The translations under genes and the position numbers were made by a program. DNA of 64,000 bases from Lingula anatina (lineage: Eukaryota > Animalia > Brachiopoda): assembly GCA_051362555.1 (NCBI GenBank), contig CM120640.1, positions 44,184,788 through 44,248,787 on the forward strand. Reading direction: 5' to 3'. The notes below the pieces were generated by a model that was not told the origin of the DNA, made no database searches, and was given only the letters and a program-made list of their open reading frames with translations. Position 1 is the first letter of the stretch; each line of letters opens with the position of its first letter. Below are positions 25,601-39,158 of this stretch, piece by piece.

Positions 25601-28600
25601 ATTTAAGAAGATCACTACAACCTAAATCTCAAGTTTTATGGACGGAAAGAAAATTAATTAGTTTACTGTCATAAAAACAAGTGGACAGTCAAGATTTTTT
25701 TCAATATCTGTCAATTTATGATTTAAGTAAAAACAGAACACAGTCAACTCATTTAACACGGCAACAACCAAGTGCTGAAACCCATCAAATGACCAGAACT
25801 GCGTCAGTTAGAATGAGAATACTAACCATTGTTTGTATCTGTGATTAGATGGCCTCTGTTATGAGGTATAGCAACCCCACTGTCAGGCGTGTTGCTTCTC
25901 CTGGAGCTGACTGGATAAAAGCCATAGTCCTTACTGTTTGGGATCAGGTTGAGGGCAGGAGCATGCTGGAAGGAGAAAAGATTTCACCATCTTCAGGGGC
26001 GGATTGAGGCTGTCTTCTGGGTCTTCCGGAAGACGGTCAAACTTCTAAGTTTACATTGATGAGTACCTAATTTTTTCTGTCAGAAGACGGTCAAAAATGG
26101 AGGATGGATCAACAAAGATATTGTGGAAGACTGTCAGAAAATATATCTGGATCCGCCCCTGATCTTGTTATCTAAACCTGACAGATCCATAAACTTTATT
26201 CTAGAATTTTGCAGTTATAGATTGAACAAAAAGAAAGATTCTGAAATATTTTGTAAACAATTTTATAAGTAGAAAATGGTGTCAGACTAATTAGGTTATC
26301 CAACAATTGCACTGATATGTATGCTTTGGTGTGTGCATTATGCATGAATAGTTCTCAACCCTAATTAACTGATAATTGAAAACATTCAAGCAATTTTCTT
26401 GTTCATAACATTTTGCAGAATATTTAGCAGAACGGTTTTATGTAGCCAAAGTTAATAACCACAATCTCAGTGGCTATCAAATATCATGTTTTGCTGTCAG
26501 CCCACTAATGCATTACAGGTATCAGGCAAAGCAAATCAATTCCCCTTGCAACTCCTTGATCTATACTCTAATGGGAGGTAATTAACTCCTCCCGAGTGAT
26601 TATAGTTAATTTTAAACTTAAGCCAACTCACACTGTAGCAATGGTGCTAATATAAATGTAAAGTCATTGCATTCTTTAAGTGTTAAATGGTGCAAAACTG
26701 CAGAGTGATGGAAAAAAAGTTGCAGATGTTCTTTTGATTAATGTGTGAAATATACTTCAATCCAGATTTTTAACGTCTTAAGTGATTAAGTATCTCCCAA
26801 AATGTGTTTACTACAAATTAAAAAGATATTTATAGGAGGGAACAACCATGCGAAAAAATTCTCTGCATACAAGATACACATTTATATTGAGATTTCTGTA
26901 AACAGAACTTTAAAAGACAATTTTATTCCTTAATTTTCTTAGATTAAAAAACTGGACAATATTAAAGCAATTATCATAAATTAAGTACAACTCAGCTTGA
27001 ATTAAAAATTCATTATCACTGAGAAAAAATGCTAACCTTTTCTCGGATTTTCCTGAGGTAATTCCTTAGGTCTCCATGGGGACAGAAGTCCATTACGAGA
27101 CACAATTTAGGTCCTTTGGTACAGCATGCCACCATACTGACAATATTCTGATGGCTGCCAAGATGCTTCATCATGTCAATCTCTTCAAGCAAACTCACAC
27201 TCTCCTCCTCCATAGCATAGGCTGAAATATCACAATTGAATCTGCATCAGTTATTTACATAAAAAAGTTTATCTTCTTAATCAAGTTTTTATACAATGCT
27301 TTGACTTAAAACAGCATACTGGGCTCAATAGGAGATTTAAAAAATAATTACCTATCTTATCAATAAGATTAATATCACTGGGATACTAAAAAAACCTTCC
27401 ATGCATGCTTAAGTGAGGCCTTAAAGTTTATTTTTGTCATGTATTACATAATAAAAAAGACTTATTTTTACCTTTAAGCATTTTCACAGCCACCAGTGAA
27501 TTTTTGCTTGCCCTGGCGCAAGCTTCCTTCAACTGCCCTCGGACCACTTTGCCAAATGCTCCTTGCCCAAGCACATCCAATAGGGCAAGAGAGCTCAGAT
27601 TGATTTCATAATCATCTACTGCCTCAACTCCTCCAACTAGATCTGTCTGCTCTGGAGATCTGCCTTCCTCAATATCAGAATACCGAGTGTATATGTTGTT
27701 CACCTAAAATGGTCATTTAGATAAATTTTATAGGTAGTTATAATATAATGGTTATTTTCAGAATGTTTTTCAAATTTAAGGAACAAATAAAACATCTTTC
27801 AACATTTGAGGGATGTTTCATAATTTCTCTTGAAATATAAAAATGTCTTGAATATACATTAAAAAACTATTCATATTAATCAGTGTAGGAGGTTCACTCT
27901 AGCATGCTGAATTTTCCCTGTATAATAAACAGGTATGAAAGTAAACTATTTCAACAAATTTCACCAAAAACTAAATTGAAATTTCCTCACAAAACCCTGG
28001 TTACTTACACTATCAGCATTGCTCTTTTTGCATGTGCCAGGCAACAGAAAATATCTCCTTATGCAGAAGATCACCCCTGTCAGGAGCACCAGGCACCCAA
28101 TCCCTGTCACAGTGACGATGATTAACACAGAGTTCTGTGCCTCATTGTTTTCGCTTGTGTTGCCAACTGTCACCTCACTTTGCTGAGCACTCACAGTTTC
28201 CATCACCTGCACACTCTCTTCTGGGGACTTGGTGTCCTCTACAGTTGTTGGTACAACTTGATTGATTTTTAAGGAATTTGAAACTAAGAAAAAAATTGAA
28301 TGAAATAATATAATATAATACTTGATATAATATATTCTGTAGGCGAATGAAACTTAAGAATGCATTTATTGATTTGACTAGATCTGCTTTACCAGCTAGC
28401 ACCAATATCCTGTTGGAAACGTTTATAGATCTTATGAAAGAAATTACTGGATTCGAAAAGAAGGGAAAATATCAAGAAAAAAAACAAAAAGCAAAGTTAA
28501 AATATAACATTTAATATTTCTGCTTAACTCTGCTATGGCTGCATGGATTGAACAAAAAAAAAGCATTACTTTATTGTTTTTTAAGTACCCAAATTATCCC

Positions 28601-31600
28601 TTTCTGCTGATGCACAAAGAATATCTTTCTCCAAATTGTGACAAATGAATGATTTCTAACTAATTTAAAACATTAAAATGCCACATATTATAATGATTAT
28701 GTCATCAGAGCTTATTTTCTACTTACTGGCTGTGCTAACTTGGATTGTTTTACGTTTTCCAGAGCCACCCCTAGACAAGCTTTCAACAGAAACTTCATAC
28801 ACATTTCCAAGAGTCAAACCCTCGATCACTGCAGAGGTCACGTTCTGAAAAAAAATCACAAACCAGACTTAGACATGATGTATCTACTAGTAAATGAATT
28901 TTCACAATGACCAAAACTAATTTATGAAAATGGACTTGACATATTCAGTAATGTATTTTCAAATCAACACTGAATCAATATGATATGCTGAAAATACAAT
29001 AGTTTGGAGATTGATAAAATAATCCACTTCACTCACCCAGGGCACCATAAGCATCCCTTTCTCGGGCTTGGTGTTCCACACAGTGGGAAAGGGTGTCTCT
29101 CTTCTCCAACTTATTTTGTACATGTCCACATTATTACTAAGACTCCAGTATCTTGGGGGCTCCCATGTGACGCTAACATTCACATCACTCGTCAAGTTGT
29201 CAATTGGTGTGGACAGAGTATATCTCAGAGACTCCGGCTCATCTGGTCCTAAAAATATATAATGAAGTGAAAATATACAAATAATCAACTTACCAATTAA
29301 TTAACGGTGAACTATTTGTGAGTGACTGAAAGTCTGAAGGTAAAGCATCTGTGCTCCTTATGGTATTTTTTTTCACTGGTACTTCACTGTTAACATGAGA
29401 ACATTATTGATGATACAATGAAACACAGATACACCCTGCATACATATATTTCCATCTGCTTTTTGTTTTCTTGTTTGCAGTACATTCTTGTCAGTTTTTT
29501 AAACTCTTCCCTATTACAGGTGTCCATCAATTGATTATTCTTATTTACAAACACAAGAAAGCTTAAAAGACATATTGCAAATAATTCAAGCAAAAATGCA
29601 ACAGTACTTAGAAATAAAACTATTGTGTTGTGTTTTTATCAGTTTGCACACCTGGTTAATGTAGAATGAATTTCCATAGCCAAGAGGCAGTTACGCAATC
29701 ATAATTCTGATCTTGAGCTAATCACAGAAAAACTGCTTGGTCATCTATTTAAAGTACTTCTCATTACATAACCCAACACTGAGACTTGAGGATGAACTAA
29801 GTGCTCTTGGTCATTTAAACAATAGATGATGGATTAAGAAGCCTTAAAATAGAGTTGAACATAATACAGTTCGTGCATGGGAGGTATGATCAGTAATGAA
29901 CAAATGGATTATAAATCCGAGTTCTAGTCCAAGTTGTTGTAAAGTTCAAGAAAACTATTTCGAAAGGTTTAACCTACTGTCATCAGTTTGAAGCTTCTAA
30001 TTCAATTATGATTTTGTGCACCCATCCTTATCAAGTATAATTTCAGTAATTTTTCAAGAGCATGAGTAGTGGCTAAACGTCATTGTTAAATGATGAAAAA
30101 AAAAGAATTGTTCATGCTTACCACAAAGTTGATAGTTGTGCCCATTTGCTGTAAGACAGTCCCACGTGGAGAATTCTCCATCAATCTCTTTGCTTTCTGA
30201 GGTACTCTTTTCATCTTTGGTAAAAAGTTTTAAGATGTACCGTGTGTCAAATGACAATCCCTTGATCTTGTATTTAAATTCTCGCCACTGAAACTAAATA
30301 GAATAAGAACATATAGGCATAAATAATTAAATTAAAACAAATAAACAAAAAAGTAAAATTGTTCAATAGCACAAGGGTTTAGCAAACTATAATGCAACAA
30401 TGTTTCACCTTTGGAGCCAAATTAATGTGAAACTGACATGTTGCTATTTTTGCATGTTTGTAGTCTACTGAATCCCACAGGCTCCTATGGCCGGGCTACT
30501 CTATGACCACAAAATTTCTAAAAAACCTCTAATTCACTTTTGTAAAAGGCTACACTAGAGACCCCTGTGATAGCAAAAGATACCTATATGGACTATGATT
30601 TGATGAGATTACACCCAAAACTTTAAAAAATACACATTTTCAAAATTGTCAATGGGCTTTGCCATGTTCATTTTTCAAACCTTCAGAATTTTTTACAAGT
30701 ATAAAGCAAACATAATCCTTGGGAAAATCAACAGGGTTCATCCTAGAGCTATTATCAGTGCACAAAATATTCAAACAAAAAATGTCAAAATATTTGGCAT
30801 CTATCATGAAACAAAAAAAAAAGTGATTACAAACAAACAAAGGAGCAGACCAATATGTGTTACATAGAATATTATTTCTTTAAAATATTAAAACGTTTAG
30901 TTTGGATTTATCAAAATTCTCGTGTTGTTAACATTTTCTTCTACCCTATTTTGATCATGCACATATAACGGAGATTTTTGATGCTCATATCTGTCTGACT
31001 CGTGTCTGAAGCCCTACATTTTATTAAGTTGCTTGCCTGAACTTATGCACTTTGCTAATCTTGCACCTACCTTGACACTCTGAGAATTCATTACCAGAGT
31101 AAATGTTAGGTAAGCATTGATTTAAAGGTGTATCATTATAGACTAAATATAATGCAGAGGGGGTGAATTGTTTGAAGAAAATCATTCTAACCAAATCTCA
31201 TTTTGTTAACTTTTTTCCTGCCTAATAACTTCATTATGTGTCTCACCAATATTAGCCTCTTTGTGCTATCTCAAATTTCACTTTTTCCCCATTCTACAAA
31301 TGAAATTTAAATGTTCTAAATGTATGCTTATAATATAATTTACTTACATTAATTGTTTCAATTTGATAAAATTGTTTGACTTAAGATGTAGCTGTAACCA
31401 AGTAATGGCACTTGTAGTGAATTACCTCTTTTCTTGTGCTGGAAGGTGGGAGAATTGAAGAGTCTGGAAGCCAGTGGAGCTGGTAAAAACATGTCCGTTC
31501 TGAAATTTCATACAATTAACAATAACTGTTGAGAATAGTTAAGTATAGAGAATTCTGATTTTTCATTTTTATCAATTCTCTACATTTTCCACTTAGTGCA

Positions 31601-34600
31601 TGCCATAATATTATTATATGCTCCCAATGACTTTTTTCCACCAGCATTTTATGAATTTCCTCATTGTCTTGACTTTCATAATTAATTTGAAACCATACAC
31701 AGGAAAAATAACATTCATTATTACTGCCACTTGATCCTCACTTACCTTCAGATGGCTCCCACTCCACCACTGCTGACATTTTCCCATCCTCTAAATACTG
31801 ACTAGAAACAAAAATTCTCTTGGCTGGTTTTAAAGGGGAAATGTCTAAAAGTAAAGAAAAGTTATGTGTAACACATGCAAACATCGTCTAAGGTCTGACT
31901 TGTTGATAGGTATTTAATTTCAGGTATTTCAATCCCTGTAAAGATCATGTATTTTTGTTATTGGGTTTTAAATGAATGCAAAATATCCTAAAATTAACAT
32001 AAAAAACATTTTTAAAAAATGGTTGGTTAAATTTACTGTTACTATTGAGCAGCTATCAGTGTCAAAATTGCACAGATGTGGCTTTAAGGTGTGGATATAA
32101 TTTAAGGTAACAGTTTGTTTAGTTCATTTATTCATTCAGGGAGGTACCAGTTTCAGTTAATGTGAACGTTGGGAAATTAAACTGACATGTACATATGGCA
32201 CACTCTGTCTTTGGTCTGCATATTACTGATTCTGAACAAACATTGCCTATGGTCTACATGTTAAAGCACATGTACAAATACCTGCAGTTTACAAATTACC
32301 ATTATACAATACATACAGTGTGTTACAGTACATATGGCACAAATTAATTATCTTACGATATCAATCTATGGGTGTGCATAATACCATGATTCAAGACTTA
32401 ATAACCAAAGTATACTTTATTCCATTAAATATAGTTACCATATTTACAACCATCGTTCTTTTAGTCAAACATACTTACTAGGCAATGTGTGCACCCACTC
32501 TGTCTCCTTGCTTTCTCCAATGAGACCTTCAGATGAAACAGCAGAAATCCTAAACTTGTAATCTGTATCTGGATACAGTCGAACAATTGGAAAGAATGCA
32601 CTTGCAGACTGAAAACAATATTGATGAAAAATATTTTATTTCATTCATTGAGAAGGTTTCCATGTTATGCTAGCTTGTGTCCCTGTTAATAAATCAGTCT
32701 AGAGGTTTAGATTTACCATGTATGTGTTCAATAGTTCACCAAATATGTCAAACGCAGTTATTTAATCACATAATTAATATCTCTAAAAGACATATTGTAT
32801 TATATCCAGAATGATGTAATTACACTGTTCTGCATGTAAAAATGTCATTTTTGGTTTGATGGTTTTTGTCAGTCACCAGTGCAGCAAGCAATCTTGTTCT
32901 GAAGGTATAGATAGTTAAAAGACTTCACAAACATCCATTTCTCATTTTTCATATCATTCTTTAGATGTGCACATATTATTATCAAAAGTGTGAAGTACAC
33001 ATTTCAGGCCCATGGTGGAGGGGGGATCGCCAGGAAAAAGGTCTGCTCTGGACAAGGTTTGATCTCTGGTACATTGAGGTTTCATGGTATGGTAAAAGGC
33101 CTACTTTTTTCAGAAAAAGGAACCCCCTTTGAAATCACTACGTACAGGCCTGGCCTTTTGTTCATTGGTGGCCAGGCCAAAACTTAGACACAAAAGGTCT
33201 AATCAGAGATCCAAAAGAGCTTCTTCTTTATTTTTTTATTTATTTTATTTTTTTAAGATTCCCAATTTAGCACTGACAATATCACAATTTTATTATCATA
33301 AAAAGGTTACCAGTACTGCTTGCCATCAGTTGTAAATATGTACCAATTTAAAATGAAGGTTTTTAAAGGTAGTAATCCATACATGTACTTTCAATGCTGT
33401 AGGGAGTGCTAGTAAATATCATGGTCATAATCCCCTCTAATAGTTCATTGTTCTTTATAAAATTGCCACATTAATGTCTTTATACATGTCAAAGTATCAT
33501 TATGACAATGCCCCCATGTTCCCTTATGGCAAGCAGGCTTAGAGGGCATTCCCAGAGATTTAGATTGATCTTACTAGATCGACCTAACTCCCTGGGGGTT
33601 CATGCTAAATTGCATTCAGCCGCACACGGAAGTTAATTACCACTTGTAGTAGGCGAGATGGACATTTAAGCTGGATTATCTGACAGTAATCTAGTGAGAC
33701 TCCCCACGAGGATAGATCGATCTAAAATCTATGGGAATGTGCCTTTCGAAACTGTATTTTCTTCAGACTGCAGAACTCTAAAGAGAGTAATATCCAAAGC
33801 TAAAATTAGCTGCAAAAATGACATCTAATGTGGAATTAAATAGTCCCCTGTCAATGCCTCTGGGTGTAATTAAAACAGAAACCTATCCTTTATGTGGACA
33901 GATAATATAAATTTTTGCTTTCTGTTGTGATTTTGGGCATTTTCACCACTTGTGATCACAACACAGTGATTGGCATGATAATCTTCTGACTTTTGGTGTT
34001 GGAAGATATCCAATACATTATGATATCAAAACTCTTAAAAGCTAGTTCAACTCACCTGCCCAGTCATGGTCACCCATCCATGACCTCTGGTTTTCATCTC
34101 TATTACAAAAACCAATGCTTCAGAAACCTATCCTTTATGTGGACAGATAATATAAATTTTTGCTTTCTGTTGTGATTTTGGGCATTTTCACCACTTGTGA
34201 TCACAACACAGTGATTGGCATGATAATCTTCTGACTTTTGGTGTTGGAAGATATCCAATACATTATGATATCAAAACTCTTAAAAGCTAGTTCAACTCAC
34301 CTGCCCAGTCATGGTCACCCATCCATGACCTCTGGTTTTCATCTCTATTACAAAAACCAATGCTTCTGCTGCACTCTGTCCATTTTTCTGAAGAACTTGC
34401 AGACGCAACCGGATCTTGGACTCAAGTTGGCCAGATGACACATATGTCTCTCTGCACACCCATGCCGGGGTGTGCAAACTGGAGCTGGTGTTAGCAGTCT
34501 GACTGGCTGAAATTTGCAAAGAAGAAAACCGTGAAAATCCATGTAGCTGCCCTTCATGATATGGAATGTATTTACCAATGAAATGAATTTATGATCAATT

Positions 34601-37265
34601 ATCACCCTGCCAACGATGATTGTCCTGTGGCAAAATCATGCAGTTTCTTTGATGTTAATTCTAAAATGCTTTCACATGGTGCCATTCTGGTGACACCCTC
34701 TCATAGCATTATTATTCAGCATATCTTTTATTTTTCACTTTGGATTATGGATGAGAACACTTTGAAAATGAATTTATGAGAACAAATATAGAAGAGACAA
34801 ATTCCATACAACTACTGAATAATTACCATGATGCATGCAACATATTTAGACATTATTAATAAATATCAAGATGAATGTATCATACAGAATAGTGTGGGAA
34901 AATTAACAAAATATGTCAAATGAATACACATGTATATTTGATAACTATAGTGTGCACTGCATCAAAGGAGGATAAAATTACAAAAGCATTTAAAACCTGC
35001 ACACGAATCCCCTTTACATTCTTGTGGTATTTACCTTTTGTCCTCACTTCCATCTCCTTCAAAGAATAAATGAAGTCACAGCTCGACTTGCACACTGCAT
35101 TGTTCTGAAATGATCACAGGAAAAAATGTATTATATGAACATCACTGAACTTTCTTATATAGAATAATTAATTGATCATGTATAAAATAATGTAGATTAT
35201 TTCTGCACAGAGCTGAGTGAAAAATGACAAATGTGCATTATATTTCACTGTGGAATAATTTGCTTAATTTTCAATTTTAGATATTCAAGAAAACTTTGAG
35301 GTTAGCAAATATATAATACTATATTCTATTCCTTATATTCTTCAAGAATAAGATTGTTTGTCTAGAGCAAAACAAGGCCTTAGGTATGTTCTATAAAAAA
35401 TATATACACACACACTGACAATTCTTCAGGTAAAAACTGTGTGGTAAGTGCCAGGAAAAGCAAGCTGCAGTTAGGATATGATTGCACAATGGTTTTCATT
35501 AAAATGTCAGAAAGACAGGAAGCTTGTTGACAGTGATGAAGGAAACACTCATACTAATAGAGCGTCAAGACGAAATTATTATAATAGACTTTTATAGCTG
35601 GCTTTGCCCTTACTGACTCTATTGGATAATTGTAATGAAAATGGGCACTGCAAAATCTGAGAGCTAATTCACAACCCAAATATTACCACAAAATTACTAA
35701 GCCAGAGATAATGCAATAAGTGCATTAGAAATAAGCGGTAATAGCCAAGAAACAAAGACAACCTGGAACACTGGCATGGGAACATCAGCTGTCACATTTG
35801 CATTAACTTGTAACAGTCTAAACTTATCTGACACCAAAAAACAACGCATGGGCCGTGGCAATGTGGTGAAATATGAGAAAAAAATATCAATGCATCTTAT
35901 GAGCAGTCTTTCCTTCCTGGATGATAACAGAACAAATAATAAACATTCTTGTAAGAAATTCTCAACACAACCTTAAGCTACAAATCACCTTTACGTGACA
36001 TACATACACTACCATGAGTGAAATCAACAATGATGCATAAGGTTTTCAGTAGCAAGATGTTATGAGCAGCACTTTGTCATGTGACTCTCTGTCTTCATAT
36101 GTCAAATAGTCCTCAATAATAGTGGTTTATGGTATGGCATTTATGCAGCTTCAACAAATGGACAGTGTGACAGAAGAAAAAAAGCTATTCATAGTAGTGA
36201 TATCATGGCCAAATTTAATTTGAGAAAATTCAAAATTCCTTATTTAGATCAAGTATATAGTCACCTGACTGATTATTACACAATAATACTTACACATTCT
36301 TGTCTACAACGCTCTGGTCCAAAGAACTCATAACTGCAAGGGTTCAGACACTGTAAGAAAAAACGTAAATAATAATGAGAATTAATAGATTTTGACACCC
36401 CATCCATCCCCCATCCAGCTGTATGTCCAAGACAGAAATAATGGAATGGTCACAAAATAAGCCAATCCAAGGCTCTGTTCTCACAACTTTTAGATCGATC
36501 TATCACCGCGGGGAGTCTCACTAGATTACTGTCAGATAATCCCCCTTAAGTGTCCGTCCCCGCCTACTACAAGCTTTAAGGGGTAATTAACTTTCGTGTC
36601 CGCCCGGCTGACAGCTATTTAGCGTGAACCCCCAGGGAGTTAGGTCGATCCAATGTAGGTCGATCTAATCTATGAGAATGGGGTGCAAGACTGGATAGTT
36701 TATAAGAGCATTGGTACCTGTATATAGGCAGGGGGGAATGGTGACTGAACTTCATTTTTCTGCACAACAGTGAATTTGAAAACGTAAAACGATAGTACTG
36801 GGCTGGTCTAATTCTCAGAAAAACCATTTGCATGACAGTTATCACAGAGTACCTGGGAATAGAAAAGTTTCAACCAAGATAGATCATATTTACCTGTTTA
36901 CATTCATTCTCTTTGGCTACTAAGCATTTATACTGCCTATACATGTCGTAAAAATTATCTTCGTTATCTGCAATTCTCCCTCCATACTGAAAGTAAAAAA
37001 TGGAAGCATTAAAAATGCCAATATTGCATGATGCGTAAATCCAATTCTAGTAGCAAAAGCATTGTTTTCAAAACAAACTCATCCAAATTACTCATTCAAC
37101 TAACTCCTGGTGCTTTAATTTGTAGAACTATTACCAAAAAGTGAATTGAAATGAAGTAAACATAAATGGGTTAAATTTCAATCACTACCCCTTTTAAAGT
37201 GGTTTATTATTATTATTATTTTTAATTAATTAATTTATTTATTTATTTATTTATTTATTTTATTT

Positions 37266-37296
<31 letters not shown>

Positions 37297-39158
37297 TTTT
37301 TTTTTTTTTTTTTTTTTTTTGAGAACAACTTCCCCGCCGCTTCCGGAAGCATTTCGCCTTAACGTATCTGGGTTGTGCAGCCTTTAGCATTCCTATTTAC
37401 TTTTTAATATATTCACTATCTACCATGCACGCTCGTTAAAAATCAGAAATAAGAGTGCAAGAGACAGAACATTCAGGCTAGAAGTCGATGTTGTAAAGGC
37501 CAATTTCAAACTTGATGAGAACGATGCGGTTCACTAATTAGCAATATTCGAAAGATAATTAAAAATAATTTGTTTTCATTTTAAAGGTCACCATTATGGT
37601 CATCAATAAGCTAAGAGCAGGAAGGCTTACCACAAAAAACAATGCATTACGTTACGGATGTTTAAATTAACCTCTGCCGAACATGAAAGTCAACAGAATG
37701 GCATGACCAAGACATATACGAATTGTTAACACTTCCCTTTTACTTTCAAAAGTACACAGACGTTGGCCCTATATATTATCTCTAATTTTGCCTCTTGAAA
37801 ACGTTCAACACGTGTAATCGCTATCAACAGTATCCAACTGGCGAGACCGATGAGAAATGTGTCGTACCCTTACACAGGCAATAACAATCGTTCATAGTCG
37901 TGGTCTTTCTGATGTCACGCAATATTCTGCTTGCGTTGGTTAATGTCATTATTGTAAATTTCTACCCTCATCAATAGACGCATTTTTCTAGGAACTACGT
38001 TGAATAGATTCCATGACCACAAAGTTAATAAAAAGGACGACTTATTTCTTGATGGCTATCAATTGTACATTTTAATCTCTTTGCTTTTTCAATAAATTAC
38101 CCAAAAACGAGGGATAAAATATTTCATCACAACAGCTATCCAGCTATCAGAAAGGTTTTTATTTAAAGTTAAAATATATAAACCAAAACGTCTTATCAGA
38201 AACGGTGCACTGACAAAGGCACTCATCTAATTATAACCATCAAACCAGACAAGCTGTGATGAGATAAGACTTCATTTTTACAAGAGACCCACGGTCGAAG
38301 ATCTATTGATATAAGACCAAAAACTCAACAAATATATGTCATCTATTATTCCTGAAAACTCATCATTATTCCAACAGTAACCTAAATCAAACTTCGGAAC
38401 GATATGATTAAGTAAAACATGGAAACAAGAAACGTTCAAGAGAGTTCGGCTTCAAACAAATCTTTCCCTGGGTTACGTTTTTGTTTTAGAATATTACCGA
38501 ATCCAATGAGGTGTCAAAATCTGGTTGAATAACTGTGATTCAGCGTTCTCTCGACGTGCATTTAGCAGTAATTCAAAGTTGGAATTCATTCAGATGACTT
38601 TGCTATTGTTTTAAGTATTATGCCTGCACTAGTTTACTAGTTCGTGTCTGGGCCAGTAATTTTTACTTCCTTGAACTTCGATTTAACACAATATCCAACG
38701 AAATTAGTTTGAGATTCAATTGTTTTGTTTTGAAAAAGAGAAATCGCTTTTGGTAAGTTACAGACTATGCAATTGCTACGTCTTAAGTCACTTCAAGTCA
38801 CTTTTTTACCTGAAAGATACTTTGCTGTGAATGTACTAGCTTAAAATAGAAAGCTTTCCAAGTCTGTTTCTTATGGTGAAGCACAATATGTCATCAACTA
38901 TATACTCGTTGAATACTACAGCTCAAAAAGCCATTTTTCGAATAATAAACTATGCAATGAACAGACCTAGTCACTTAATTTTTCAATCAATTGACAACTT
39001 ACCTGCTGCAAGCAGTTTGCCTTGCACTGTGCCTTGATGACAGCGTCCCTGTATGCTTGCTGTGTTTCTGGCAAAACGCTAGACACCCCAGATGTAATTA
39101 GAAGCAGAATAGTTCCGAGGAACATTACTGTGTAACTGTTGCATCGCCCGTGCAACAT
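21593..39158 (-). CDS. Receptor tyrosine kinase, Torso-like (signal peptide, anosmin-like Cys-rich domain, 3 FN3, TM, split kinase, long Ser-rich tail), ~1220 aa, 21 exons
   Basis: Minus-strand exons 39158-39003, 36986-36894, 36350-36294, 35104-35035, 34506-34301, 32608-32479, 31844-31746, 31499-31426, 30287-30122, 29248-29037, 28844-28727, 28256-28009 (TM), 27703-27472 ([13 protein letters not shown]), 27221-27037, 25965-25827, 25434-25300, 25034-24961, 24558-24344 ([16 protein letters not shown]), 23991-23854 (WSFGIVLWE), 22872-22696 (CW...RPDF), 22331-21593. These sum to 3663 nt, in frame. The RTK call is firm; the Torso assignment is inferred from domain architecture. Confidence 0.9.
22604..22651. 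repeat. (TA)n microsatellite
   Basis: Pure TA run. Other simple repeats: (TA)n 3714-3741, (TTTA)n plus polyT 37203-37320, (CA)n 51491-51530, (TAG)n 60269-60324. Confidence 0.95.
25994..26161. mobile_element. MITE family A copy 2
   Basis: Same TIRs and internal sequence as 4641-4808, flanked by ATCTT on both sides. It lies 28 nt from an RTK splice acceptor. Confidence 0.88.
33544..33743 (+). mobile_element. MITE family B copy 1
   Basis: Imperfect TIRs GGCATTCCCAGAGATTTAGATTGATCT / AGATCGATCTAAAATCTATGGGAATGTGCC; homologous to 36471-36686. Confidence 0.7.
33876..34366. repeat. 245-bp tandem duplication spanning the 3' end of RTK exon 5 and its donor
   Basis: CAGAAACCTATCC...CCAATGCTT starts at 33876 and again at 34121. 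It produces the duplicate ORFs at 33993 and 34238. Confidence 0.95.
36471..36686 (-). mobile_element. MITE family B copy 2 (opposite orientation)
   Basis: Contains reverse complements of copy 1 blocks: GGGGAGTCTCACTAGATTACTGTCAGATAATCC and CCCCCAGGGAGTTAGGTCGATC. Confidence 0.7.

Noticed and set aside
31071-31142. Possible 72-nt minus-strand exon ([23 protein letters not shown]) in RTK intron 8
   Set aside because: It is open only as phase 1-1, while the flanking exons join in phase 0; inclusion gives an early stop.
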